From positions 7,959 through 71,958 of the forward strand of contig JAWKSR010000004.1 in assembly GCA_041389005.1 (NCBI GenBank): DNA of 64,000 bases. Direction: 5' to 3'. Made by a program: the position numbers and the translations under genes. The notes below the pieces were generated by a model. That model was not told the origin of the DNA. It made no database searches and worked only from the letters and a program-made list of their open reading frames with translations. The DNA comes from Minisyncoccota bacterium. Lineage in GTDB: Bacteria > Patescibacteriota > Minisyncoccia > Phycocordibacterales > UBA918. Shown one piece after another: positions 10,208 to 19,560 of the stretch (position 1 is the first letter of the stretch; each line of letters opens with the position of its first letter).

Positions 10208-10897
10208 TTACTCTTTAAAATTAGCATACGTCCTCTCCTTGTAATTGTAGATACCAGACCCAAAGGGGTTTTTGCTGTTCCCTGGTAGTATATTTTGTTT
10301 GGTTACATATCGGTCAGTTTCTATCGCTACACCAGGGTACACTATCAGTCTCCAATCGTCATTTTTTACTAGTGTTCGTGGAAAGGGAACTAAATGTTGC
10401 CTAATAATATGACTCACAACAACTTCTTCCAAAATAAAATTTTCTTGCGCTTCGGAGTATCCACGTTTAGTGACGTCTTCTCTAAGTGTTTTTTGCAATA
10501 CAACATCTTCACCCACTCGTTTTTTAAGTGAGGCAAATAAATCTTGGTAATTACTATTTAAAATTACGTAATCAATAGGGAGGAAATGAATAGCATTTGG
10601 AATCATTTCCCGTTTTTTTTCTATTAAATTACGTAATTCTCGGGCATGTTGTACCGTCTTACGATTGAGTTCCAATCGTTTTTCATAGGCAATGTCTTGC
10701 GTATTGAGGTACAGACCAGTGGTGTACAAAAGCACCACATCACTTGAATGAGATTCAAGTTTTTTTCCAAAGTAGCTAAGGAGTTCGTAACATTGAGCAG
10801 GGTCCTGATCAAAGCCATTTCCTAGCTTACTCATTGATAGCGGAACTACTATGTAACCGTCCCCGCTAATTCTATTAATATCAAAACCATCTTTCAT
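10208..10897 (-). CDS. hypothetical protein; candidate cyclodipeptide synthase (CDPS)-like enzyme (tentative)
   Basis: 229-aa ORF. Its start overlaps the ruvB stop (ATGA) and its stop lies 3 nt before the yebC start. By-eye resemblance to AlbC/YvmC blocks: VVPLS21, DVVLLYT, basic helix ELNRKTVQHARELRNLIEKK, IHF..NYQDL, F154ILEE158, IVY187P. Confidence 0.3.
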   Translation of the reverse strand: MKDGFDINRISGDGYIVVPLSMSKLGNGFDQDPAQCYELLSYFGKKLESHSSDVVLLYTTGLYLNTQDIAYEKRLELNRKTVQHARELRNLIEKKREMIPNAIHFLPIDYVILNSNYQDLFASLKKRVGEDVVLQKTLREDVTKRGYSEAQENFILEEVVVSHIIRQHLVPFPRTLVKNDDWRLIVYPGVAIETDRYVTKQNILPGNSKNPFGSGIYNYKERTYANFKE

Positions 10898-11879
10898 ATA
10901 TTTTGTATATGACTATACGCAGCAGCGCTGGCAACCCGACCACGCGGGGTGCGCTCTAGGAGTCCTTGGCGGATGAGGTATGGTTCAATCACATCTTCGA
11001 TGGTGGATTGCTCTTCACCGGTAGCGGCAGCGATGGTGTTAAGTCCTACCGGACCGCCGTTGAATTTCTCCACGATTGTCGTGAGGACTGCTCGATCGGG
11101 GGCATTAAGACCGCGCTCATCAATCTCTAAGAGCTCAAAGGTGCGCGACACAATCTCTGAAGAAAGTGACTCACCCTCTAATTGAGCTAAGTCCCGACAA
11201 CGTTTCAGTAGGTAGTTGGCGGTGCGCGGTGTGGCGCGACATCGCTTAGCGATGTCGCCAAGTACATTGGAGGTGGTTGCTACTTCGGTAAATTCGCTGA
11301 ACGTTCCAAAATCTGAGCAATCTCTCCTTCAGTATAGAATTCCAATCGAAATGTGCCGCCGGAAAAACGAGAACGCAGTGGTGAAGAGAGTAGGGAAATA
11401 CGAGTAGTGGCAGCAACGAGTGTAAACGGCGGTAGTTCTAGTTGTACCGTGCGGGCAGATGGACCTTTGCCAATAATGATGTCGAGCACTCCCGACTCCA
11501 TTGCTGGGTAGAGGACTTCTTCGATACTCTTAGAGAGACGATGAATTTCATCAATAAACAAAACATCACCAGGCGAGAGGTTGGTGAGTATGGCGGCTAA
11601 ATCACCAACGCGCTCAATAGCCGGACCAGACGTCGTGCGCATATTGGTGCCAAGGGTTTTAGCGATGAGATGGGCGAGGGTGGTCTTCCCGAGTCCTGGT
11701 GGACCATATAAAAGGACGTGTTCAGCCGCATGCCCGCGCTCGCGCGCGGCGGTAAGGAGAATACGAAGGTTTTCCTTGGTCTTACTCTGCCCGATGTATT
11801 CTTCCCAGGTGTGGGGACGGAGGGTCTGATCGAGGTTGCTGGCGTGATCCTTCTGTATCGGGGTGTTCGTGTCTGACAT
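10894..11879 (-). CDS. ruvB: Holliday junction branch migration helicase RuvB, frame-disrupted between about 11150 and 11290
   Basis: ORF 11280..11939 trimmed to MSDTNT.. (Walker [16 protein letters not shown]). ORF 10894..11151 holds the C-terminal winged helix (..[17 protein letters not shown]). The middle piece reads in another frame. Confidence 0.9.
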
Positions 11880-11968
11880 AGGTACATTATATAGATAAAA
11901 CAGCCCAACCGCCAAAAGGGAGTAAAACCCTTGACCCAACCCTTCTTCTCAAACAGTATAATAGGTAC

Positions 11969-12217
11969 ATGTACTATTTCTACGTTTTGGAGAGTAATCT
12001 TGGAGAACTATATTTTGGAAGCACCAATGACCTAAAACGCCGGCTTAAAGAGCATCAGACCAGGAAAGTACGTACTACAAAGAACTCAAATTTGACACTA
12101 GTCTATTATGAGGCATATCTCTCGGAGGCTGATGCTCGAGATAGAGAGCATAACGTAAAACACAACGGTGGTTCAAAAAGGGCTCTCAAACAAAGGATTT
12201 TTAGAAGCCGGCAGTAG
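11969..12217 (+). CDS. GIY-YIG nuclease superfamily protein (stand-alone 82 aa)
   Basis: YYFYVLES..GELYFGSTNDLKRRLKEH and ..E..K motifs of the GIY-YIG (UPF0213-like) domain. Confidence 0.8.
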   Translation: MYYFYVLESNLGELYFGSTNDLKRRLKEHQTRKVRTTKNSNLTLVYYEAYLSEADARDREHNVKHNGGSKRALKQRIFRSRQ

Positions 12218-12327
12218 GAGAAGTAGGGTAGGGTTGACAAATAATTCATCTGTGCTAGTATATCGGTCATAACGTAGTTCCTGTGCCGCGTAAGGGCGCT
12301 GATCTCCACAATATTTTTAGCGTAAAA

Positions 12328-12364
12328 ACACAAAAACACTCAGTGTGAGTGCGTATTTTTGTGT
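12328..12364 (+). terminator. intrinsic-terminator-like hairpin inside the ORF-free 12218-12653 region
   Basis: acacaaaaa-cactc-agtgt-gagtg-cgta-tttttgtgt. A GC core stem flanked by complementary A and T runs. Confidence 0.5.
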
Positions 12365-12609
12365 GTGATTATGAAATTTTCTTTCAAGATCGTACGTCTC
12401 TAAGCAACCTGAGTAATGTGGCGAGGGTAACCTGGTACTCACCCTCGAGTGAGAACACTGAGTTATTCCTTAGCGCATTATTCACTTTCTATGCGGAAAG
12501 CTTGCTTAGAGAATTACGCTCTGGAAAGGTGCTATCTCCACTTCGATTTCGAATATAGCACAGACTGTGTCGGGTACATATTGACCCCGCACTAAGTTTG
12601 TCTTCAAAC

Positions 12610-12640
12610 AAAAAACCACATCGTAACGATGTGGTTTTTT
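12610..12640. terminator. bidirectional intrinsic terminator downstream of pilB
   Basis: aaaaaaccacatcg-taa-cgatgtggtttttt. Perfect stem with flanking A and T runs. Confidence 0.8.
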
Positions 12641-12653
12641 GTAGTGTCGGATT

Positions 12654-14383
12654 CTAGACAACGTGTTCTGCGAAGCTGTCGTCAAAGTCTTTTTCATCTG
12701 GTTGTGGTGCCTCGCCGCGCAAGCGGGTGAGATCAACAACTCGTTGTAGCTCTTTCAATGAGGTGACGCCGCTGAGTACCTTTTCCATCCCATCCTCTGG
12801 CATGGTGGGGATACCTTGCTCACGCGCGGCTTCTAAGATGACATGTTCGCGCGGGTCTCGTAAAACTGCCTCTTCAACTTTTTTATCAATTCTAATCGCT
12901 TCAAAGACTGCTCGGCGTCCCTTAAAGCCAGTGTGCCGGCAGTGCTCACAACCAGCTGGTTCATACACGGTGATTGGTTCTGTAATTGGTGGTGGGGCAG
13001 GATGACCAGCGATAACTTTTTTAATCAACGTTACTTCTTCGGGAGTTGCCTGCCGCCCTTCTTTACAATGCTCACACAACATCCGCACCAGTCGCTGACC
13101 GAGAATGATATTTACTGAACTTCCAATCACTCGGTCATCTACACCGAGGTCAATGAGACGAGGGAACGCACCAACAGCACTATTAGTGTGAAGAGTCGAG
13201 AAGACAAGGTGTCCAGTCTGAGCGGCATGCACGGCTGTCTCTGCTACTTCACGATCGCGAATCTCACCAACCATGATGATATCGGGGTCTTGGCGCAGCA
13301 CTGCGCGCAAACCAGAGGCGAAGGTATAGTCTTCGCTCACTTGGGTCTGTACGATGTTATCGACTTTATACTCAACCGGGTCTTCAATGGTAATGATTTT
13401 TACTTCGGGCTTATGAGCTCGTCGCAAAACGCGTACAGCGCGGTGGTCTTACCAGAACCAGTTGGACCGGTGGTTATGATCATACCGTTTGGTCGTTTCA
13501 GTTCTTCCTCCATCACCCGGTACATGATGTCGTTGATACCGAGTTCATCCATGTTAAAACTCGCGACTGTTGGATCGAGTAAACGCATCACCACTGACTC
13601 ACCAATAGCACCGGGAATGACTGACGTACGGACTTCGATCTCTTTTTCAATCACATCAAAAGTGAAGCGTCCGTCTTGTGCCTCATCACGAACATTTAGC
13701 TTCACTCCCGCCAATAGTTTGATACGTGATACCAGGCGCTCGTATACTTTTTGTTCAAGTTCGATAACGTCATGCAACACACCATCAAGTCGGTAGCGGA
13801 TACGCACAGCAGTTTCTTCCGGTTCGATATGAATATCGGACGCTCCCAATGCCATCGCTCCGGCAAACAACACTTCCAGAGTGGCAGAAATACGGCGGGC
13901 GGTGTTGAGGGTACGGATGTTAACGAGTTGTTCTTTGATCTTTTCGCGATCAGTGAGGACTCCACGCAAACGCACAATTTCTTCTGGGTCAATATCAAGT
14001 ACCCCCTTTTTTACCGCCGTGGTCTGTTTCTGGTCAGCGTAGCGTTTATAGGCGTGTTCAAGGCTTTGGTTTGAACACATATAAATAGTCAGGTCCCATT
14101 CTTTAGCAAGCGTATCAAGGAGAGATTTGGTAGCAGGGTTGTTGGGGTTTCGGATAGCGACTGAAAGTTTTTTGTTCAGGGTCTCAAATGCCACCACACG
14201 GGCTTCACGGGCAACGGTCTCATCAATCACCAACAAAGCCTCTGGATTTATGGTTACACCATGGAGATTGATGTAGCGATGTCCATACTGGTTGGCAAGA
14301 GATTTCAGCAAGCTCTCCTCCTCGTTTTGGCGTAAGGCAGTTAAGCGTTTGTCTTCAAAAAAACGATCATCAAACTTCGGCAT
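12654..14383 (-). CDS. pilB: type IV pilus / type II secretion ATPase (PilB/GspE family), one frameshift at about 13400-13430
   Basis: ORF 13400..14482 trimmed to MPKFDDRFF.. (Walker A GPTGSGKTT). ORF 12654..13427 carries EDPVEY, the DPDIIMVGEIRD Asp box, the TGHLVFSTLHTN His box and a CxxC..CxxC cluster. The halves join if the run cgttttgcg gains one T. Confidence 0.85.
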
Positions 14384-14484
14384 GATAGGTTTATTGTAGC
14401 AAGGCAGTTGGCAGAATATGGACAGTTGCTCGCATAAATGGGCATGTACATTCGGCGCTGTATTCGGTGGTACAATGACCACAC

Positions 14485-14925
14485 ATGAGTGAATGGCAGG
14501 TTAATGATCTGACGCACATGCCCGCTGTGGTTGATGCTGTTCTGACTGGTCTTAATGAGATTAAGACCGATGGCGCTACCGTGCTCGCTCTTCATGGTGA
14601 TCTGGGGGCCGGAAAGACTACCTTTGTCCAATTACTCGCTCGGCAGTTGGGTGTTGAGGAGACGGTTACCAGTCCGACCTTTGTGGTGATGAAACAGTAT
14701 GAAACTACTCATGATTTTTCGAATCTCATTCATATTGACGCCTATCGGATAGAAACGGAAGAAGAGATGCGGGTGTTGGGGTTTGAGGGGTTACTTCAGT
14801 CACCGCAGACACTTATCTGTATCGAATGGGCAGAGCGGATAAAAAATTTGTTACCGACCCACACACACCACCTTACGTTTACTCCAGACGGTGAAACACG
14901 CACTGTCACCTTACGTCATGGCTAA
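14485..14925 (+). CDS. tsaE: tRNA t6A37 biosynthesis ATPase TsaE
   Basis: LHGDLGAGKTTFVQ..VTSPTFVVM motifs of the TsaE/YjeE family. Confidence 0.85.
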   Translation: MSEWQVNDLTHMPAVVDAVLTGLNEIKTDGATVLALHGDLGAGKTTFVQLLARQLGVEETVTSPTFVVMKQYETTHDFSNLIHIDAYRIETEEEMRVLGFEGLLQSPQTLICIEWAERIKNLLPTHTHHLTFTPDGETRTVTLRHG

Positions 14926-17302
14926 AAAAGAAACTAAAACTCTCGTACTTCTGGATGCTCACGCGATTTTGCACCGCGCGTATCACGCCTTGCCGGATTT
15001 TTCTTCACCCAGTGGTGAACCGACAGGTGCACTTTACGGCGTAGTGTCGATGCTTTTAAAGATCATTGAGGATTTAAAGCCAGATTACCTCGCTGCTTGT
15101 TACGATCTCCCAGAACCTACCTATCGGCACCACGCTTTCTCTGAGTACAAAGCTGGTCGCGCTAAAACCGATGAGAGTTTAGTGGCGCAGATAGAACGTT
15201 CACGCGATATTATGGCTGCTTTTGGCATACCGATATATGAGTACGCCGGCTTTGAAGCAGATGATATGCTCGGCACGATTGTGGAGCAAGTGAAAGACGA
15301 TAAAAATCTCACCACGATTATCGCTTCCGGTGATATGGACACCTTCCAGCTCATCAAAAAGAAGCAAGTACAGGTATACATGCAACGTAAAGGTTCTGAA
15401 GTGGTGCTGTACGACGAAGCGGCGATAAAAAAGAAGTTTGGTTTTGGACCGTTACTTACTATCGACTACAAAGGTATCCGTGGTGATGCTTCAGACAACA
15501 TCCCCGGTGTGCCAGGTGTGGGGGAGACGAGCGCTCTTAAACTTGTGAATACGTTTGGCACCATCGAAAAGATCTATACTGCTATCAAAAAATCTGACGT
15601 GGAAACGGTGGCAGAGAAAGCTGGTATCCAAAAACGGTTTGTGCAGTTGGTGGCTGACCATGAAGAAGAAGCACTTTTCTCCAAAGACCTCGCAACTATC
15701 CGCCGCGATGCCCCCATTAATTTTTCTCTTCCTAAAGATACGTGGCGCGAGCGTGTGGTGGTCGAGGACACCCTTAACCTATTTTCTGAACTCGGGTTTC
15801 GGACTTTAGCTACGCGAGTTAAACAGGTATTTGATATCGCTCCTGATGCGGAGATGGGTACTGCCACAGATTCGGTTGATGAGTATAAACTAAAACAAGC
15901 GGCAGTTATGTTGTGGTTGTTAGAATCAGACCGCACTAACCCCACTCTGACCGATGTATTAGAGTATGGCAGAGCGTATTTCAAAACCGAAACCTTTGCT
16001 GATACCTATGCTGCTTTAGAAAAAGCACTCGAAACACAAGAACTCACCGCCGTATTTAAAGACATCGAGACACCACTGATTGTGGTCATAGATGAGATTA
16101 ATGCTACTGGTATTAAACTCGATACGGTTTATCTCAAAGACCTCTCAAAAACACTCCATGCTGAGATCACTAAACTAGAGAAACGTATCTACACCCAGGT
16201 CGGTGAAGAGTTCAATCTCAATTCACCTAAGCAACTCGGGGTGGCACTCTTTGATACTCTTGGACTTAAACCAAAAAATCAAAAAAAGACTGCCACTGGT
16301 CAGCGCTCTACCCGGGAATCCGAACTAGAGAAAATGCGTGATGAGCATCCGATTATCGTTGATATATTACGCTATCGTGAGTTAGCCAAACTTACCTCAA
16401 CCTACGTTGATAGCTTGCCGCAGCAAATAGGAAAAGATGGGCGCATTCATACTACTTTGCTGCAAACTGGCACCACCACCGGACGCATGGCGAGTAAAGA
16501 TCCTAATCTCCAAAATATTCCCATTCGCACCAAGGAAGGGAAAGATGTGCGACGGGCGTTTGTCGCTACCCGCGGATACACGCTGGTGTCTATGGACTAC
16601 TCGCAGATTGAACTCCGCATTGCCGCTATCTTATCGGAGGACGAGAAGATGCTTGATATCTTTCGCTCTGGTCAAGATGTTCACCAAGGGGTTGCCAGTC
16701 AAGTCTTTGGTGTTGCTCCCACAGAAGTTACTAGTGAAATGCGTCGCCGGGCAAAGGTCATCAACTTCGGTATTCTCTATGGCATGGGAGTCAATGCCCT
16801 GCGACAAAATCTTGGAGCAGACACCAGTCGTGAAGAAGCCCAACAGTTCCTCGAAGCCTATTTCAATACCTTCACTCGTTTAGCCGAGTATTTAGAAGAA
16901 ACCAAAGCCTATGCCCGCCAACACGGCTACACACTAACGCTCTTTGGCAGGCGCCGACATTTCCCCGGTATTCAATCTGGCGCTCCATTCATTCGTGCCG
17001 CCGCTGAACGCATGGCTATAAATGCTCCTGTCCAAGGCACTGCTGCAGATGTGATGCGGATTGCTATGAATGATGTAGCCGCTCATATAAAAACCACCAA
17101 AGCCGAAAAAGAGGTTCGAATACTGCTACAAGTCCATGATGAATTATTATTTGAGGTAAAAACCACTGCCCTCAAAACCCAAATTCCAAAACTGCAGGAG
17201 ATTATGGAGTCGGCTTTGGCAGAAAAAGACACTCACGGGGTGCCGATCTTGGTCGATGTAGCTACCGGTAACAACTGGCGTGATCTAAAAGACTGGAAAT
17301 AG
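14918..17302 (+). CDS. polA: DNA polymerase I
   Basis: ORF 14891..17302 trimmed to MAKKETKTLVLLDAHAILHRAYHA (5'-3' exonuclease domain). Family A polymerase motifs: DYSQIELRIAA, RRRAKVINFGILYGM, QVHDELLFE. Confidence 0.9.
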   Translation: MAKKETKTLVLLDAHAILHRAYHALPDFSSPSGEPTGALYGVVSMLLKIIEDLKPDYLAACYDLPEPTYRHHAFSEYKAGRAKTDESLVAQIERSRDIMAAFGIPIYEYAGFEADDMLGTIVEQVKDDKNLTTIIASGDMDTFQLIKKKQVQVYMQRKGSEVVLYDEAAIKKKFGFGPLLTIDYKGIRGDASDNIPGVPGVGETSALKLVNTFGTIEKIYTAIKKSDVETVAEKAGIQKRFVQLVADHEEEALFSKDLATIRRDAPINFSLPKDTWRERVVVEDTLNLFSELGFRTLATRVKQVFDIAPDAEMGTATDSVDEYKLKQAAVMLWLLESDRTNPTLTDVLEYGRAYFKTETFADTYAALEKALETQELTAVFKDIETPLIVVIDEINATGIKLDTVYLKDLSKTLHAEITKLEKRIYTQVGEEFNLNSPKQLGVALFDTLGLKPKNQKKTATGQRSTRESELEKMRDEHPIIVDILRYRELAKLTSTYVDSLPQQIGKDGRIHTTLLQTGTTTGRMASKDPNLQNIPIRTKEGKDVRRAFVATRGYTLVSMDYSQIELRIAAILSEDEKMLDIFRSGQDVHQGVASQVFGVAPTEVTSEMRRRAKVINFGILYGMGVNALRQNLGADTSREEAQQFLEAYFNTFTRLAEYLEETKAYARQHGYTLTLFGRRRHFPGIQSGAPFIRAAAERMAINAPVQGTAADVMRIAMNDVAAHIKTTKAEKEVRILLQVHDELLFEVKTTALKTQIPKLQEIMESALAEKDTHGVPILVDVATGNNWRDLKDWK

Positions 17303-17303
17303 T

Positions 17304-18002
17304 ATGCTTCATCTTTTTTATGGTAACGATACAACAGCAGTGCGCGAAGCAGCGCACAAAAAGTAGACACGTTTACTGCTGATGGACACGAGATTAATTT
17401 AATTGATACGGATAATTTTGCGCCCGGGATTTTGACTGAACAAGCAACCGCCGAGTCTTTGTTTGGTAATAAAGTAGTCACCGTTCTTGATACTCCTTCG
17501 GCTAAAGCGGAGTACAGCACAGCAGTACATGAGTCTGTAGAAATGTTGGCAACTTCTGAACATCCTTTTGTGGTAATCGAGACTACACTGCTTGCAGCCG
17601 CTCTTAAGCCGTATAAAAAGTACGCCACTTCACTAGAGGAATACAAGACCGGTCCAGTTGGACGGTTTGATTTTTTTGCACTCACTGATGCACTGGCACG
17701 TAAAGATAAAAAGCAACTCTGGGTCTTGTTGCAAAACAGCCGCTTGGAGGGTATTCCAATTGAGGGTAGTTGGTATGTTGTGGTGGCAACTTAAAACCTT
17801 ACGGTTAGCACAGCAGACTAATTCAGCGTCTGAAGCTGGGATGAAAGAATTTCCTTACCAAAAAGCCACACGAGCGCTGACTAATTTTACAGACGGAGAG
17901 CTGACTCAGCTTTCTCATAGTCTTTTAACACTGCAACACGAGAGCCGGCTCGGGAATACCGATCTTGACCAAGCCCTCGAGCGCTGGGTACTGACAGTGT
18001 AG
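17304..18002 (+). pseudogene. holA: DNA polymerase III delta subunit-like (HolA), at least 2 frame changes (possibly assembly indels)
   Basis: MLHLFYGNDTTAVREAAHKK then a stop. It continues in ORFs 17432..17794 and 17658..18002 (..LWWQLKTLRLAQ..ELTQLSHSLLTLQHESRLG). ATG lies 2 nt after the polA stop. Confidence 0.55.
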
Positions 18003-18011
18003 TTATACATT

Positions 18012-18033
18012 TGTCCGCCCACCAGGACTCGAA
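18012..18033. repeat. 22-bp perfect direct copy of the tRNA-Lys 3' end (second copy at 18149-18170)
   Basis: tgtccgcccaccaggactcgaa occurs at both positions. The sequence between them cannot fold into a tRNA. Confidence 0.85.
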
Positions 18034-18150
18034 ACATACCGTTTCAGTAGAGGTTGTCGACATTTTCTTTAAATGTCTGGCAACCTTTTCGAGTCACGCA
18101 ACGGTTTTTTCAAAACCTGCTCTGGTGCGCATCCATTCACTTCGTTTCTG

Positions 18151-18223
18151 TCCGCCCACCAGGACTCGAACCTGGGACCCTCGGCTTAAAAGGCCGCTGC
18201 TCTACCAGCTGAGCTATGGGCGG
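18151..18223 (-). tRNA. tRNA-Lys (anticodon TTT)
   Basis: Manual cloverleaf: acceptor CCGCCCA/TGGGCGG, D arm GCTC-AGCTGGTA-GAGC, anticodon loop CTTTTAA, T arm CCAGG-TTCGAGT-CCTGG. CCA is not encoded. Confidence 0.85.
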
Positions 18224-18290
18224 AGTTAATGTGCCCGAAACTATACCATTTTGATTTTGTAAATCAAACAGAAGTGATAGTCTACTCACC

Positions 18291-18785
18291 ATGAGTCCAC
18301 AAAGAGTTGTCATGCTTGATAACATCCGTAGTGCCCATAATGTAGGGTCTATTTTCCGTACCTGCGATGGTGCTGGAGTAGAAAAGTTATATCTTATTGG
18401 TACTACCCCAACTCCGGTTGATCGATTTGGACGAGTGCAACCAGAAATAGCCAAGACATCTCTTGGCGCGACCGAAAGTGTTGCTTGGGAACAGATCGGG
18501 TCTGCAGAGAGTCTCTCCACCCAAACAGCAGTTGCAGAAATCGAATCTCTAAAACAAGCTGGGTACGCCATAGTGGCGGTGGAACAGACACCCCAGTCTG
18601 TGTCGCTGACGAGTTGGCAACAGCCGCAAAAAGTTTGCTTCATTTTTGGCACCGAACGCGGGGGACTGCAACCTGAACTGCTACAAATCGCCGACCACAT
18701 CATAGACATCCCTATGCACGGACAGAAAGATTCACTCAATGTATCTGTTTCAGTGGGTGTTGTTTTATATCAGTCTCTTAGATAG
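18291..18785 (+). CDS. SpoU/TrmH family RNA 2'-O-methyltransferase
   Basis: 164 aa. NIRSAHNVGSIFRTCDGAGV.. and the C-terminal ..IPMHGQKDSLNVSVSVGVVLY knot motif of SPOUT methyltransferases. Confidence 0.85.
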   Translation: MSPQRVVMLDNIRSAHNVGSIFRTCDGAGVEKLYLIGTTPTPVDRFGRVQPEIAKTSLGATESVAWEQIGSAESLSTQTAVAEIESLKQAGYAIVAVEQTPQSVSLTSWQQPQKVCFIFGTERGGLQPELLQIADHIIDIPMHGQKDSLNVSVSVGVVLYQSLR

Positions 18786-18910
18786 TTAAATAGCTTAATT
18801 TTATCCAGGTAGACAATCCACAAGTTGTGTGGTCGACTTGATTTTTCTGTACTAGTGTGGTATTTTGTAGAGGATATTCCCCGCGTAATCAAAAAGAAAG
18901 GAGTGGGACG

Positions 18911-19537
18911 ATGAGTATCAAAGTACTTTTGACATCAGCAATATTCCTGCTCCTGGTGGGAGTGGGACAGGCACAGGAGTCGAATGCTCCGGCAGCGCAG
19001 AAAACATTTTGCGCATCTGGTCCAGAAGCCGCTGAGATCTGCAAACCGGCTGAACACCGGGATGATTCAGCCGCCCTCCTTCGGGAGGTGCTTGCGGAGA
19101 TTGACACGGCTGTCAATCAGAGCATGGTTTATGCGACTGACATGCAGGTGCATGGCGTAGCCGAGCACTGGTCCTTTGGCAGCATCGCTGCTGACGGCAA
19201 GCGGTACGGTGATTGTGAGGATTACGCGCTTACCAAGATGTACAATCTCTTGGAACGCGGCGTAGATCGCGCACACCTGATTCTGGCATACGCGCTTACT
19301 CCAGGCACCGACCTGGACGGCGTTGCCAATGTCGCCTTCAATGGAGAAAATCGTGTTGGTCATTTCGTACTGATGGTTGACCACGTTGACGGACTGCTGG
19401 TACTAGACAACTTCTTCGGAGTTGGCAGTATCAAATCGTTCCGTAATCGGGGTTACCATTTCCAGGCGTTTCAGGATCCAACCAATCCTGATCTCTGGTA
19501 CGACTTTGACCAGGCAGTCCTTGAAGCGATGTCCTGA
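18911..19537 (+). CDS. secreted transglutaminase-like cysteine protease, BTLCP / LapG-like (Peptidase C93 type)
   Basis: ORF 18857..19537 trimmed to MSIKVLL.. with RBS aaaggag. Signal peptide. Cys motif YGDCEDYALTK, His in RVGHFVLMV, Asp in LVLDNFF. G/C-ending codons visibly enriched relative to neighbours. Confidence 0.7.
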   Translation: MSIKVLLTSAIFLLLVGVGQAQESNAPAAQKTFCASGPEAAEICKPAEHRDDSAALLREVLAEIDTAVNQSMVYATDMQVHGVAEHWSFGSIAADGKRYGDCEDYALTKMYNLLERGVDRAHLILAYALTPGTDLDGVANVAFNGENRVGHFVLMVDHVDGLLVLDNFFGVGSIKSFRNRGYHFQAFQDPTNPDLWYDFDQAVLEAMS

Positions 19538-19560
19538 GCCTTGCTGATAGAAAGAAAGGG

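Noticed and set aside
12218-12653. tmRNA, RNase P RNA, SRP RNA or 6S RNA in the ORF-free region.
   Set aside because: I could not find the GGGG..ACCA acceptor pairing and T arm of tmRNA. The GAGGAAAGTCC / ACAGAAnCCGGCTTA blocks of RNase P RNA and the GGAAGCAGCC helix-8 motif of SRP RNA are also absent. It is kept only as an unclassified candidate ncRNA locus.
11969-12653. The GIY-YIG ORF plus the adjacent structured region as a group I intron with a homing endonuclease.
   Set aside because: The region is not inserted in any host gene. The 82-aa protein is only a bare GIY-YIG (UPF0213-like) domain without a DNA-binding extension. No P7/P3-type conserved intron core was recognisable.
18034-18148. 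A possible extra tRNA or tRNA-like gene between the two copies of the tRNA-Lys 3' end.
   Set aside because: There is no 5' acceptor strand complementary to the duplicated 3' strand. The would-be T stem does not pair (gtatg against cctgg). Only a generic hairpin is present.
18137-18739. Long antisense or overlapping ORFs. Examples: 18137..18739(-), 271..597(-), 13188..13796(+), 15574..15984(-), 17233..17685(-), 36939..37322(-), 59293..59778(-), 61446..61997(-).
   Set aside because: Each lies opposite or out of frame within a well-supported gene and has odd composition (Ser/Arg/Cys-rich). They are shadow ORFs.
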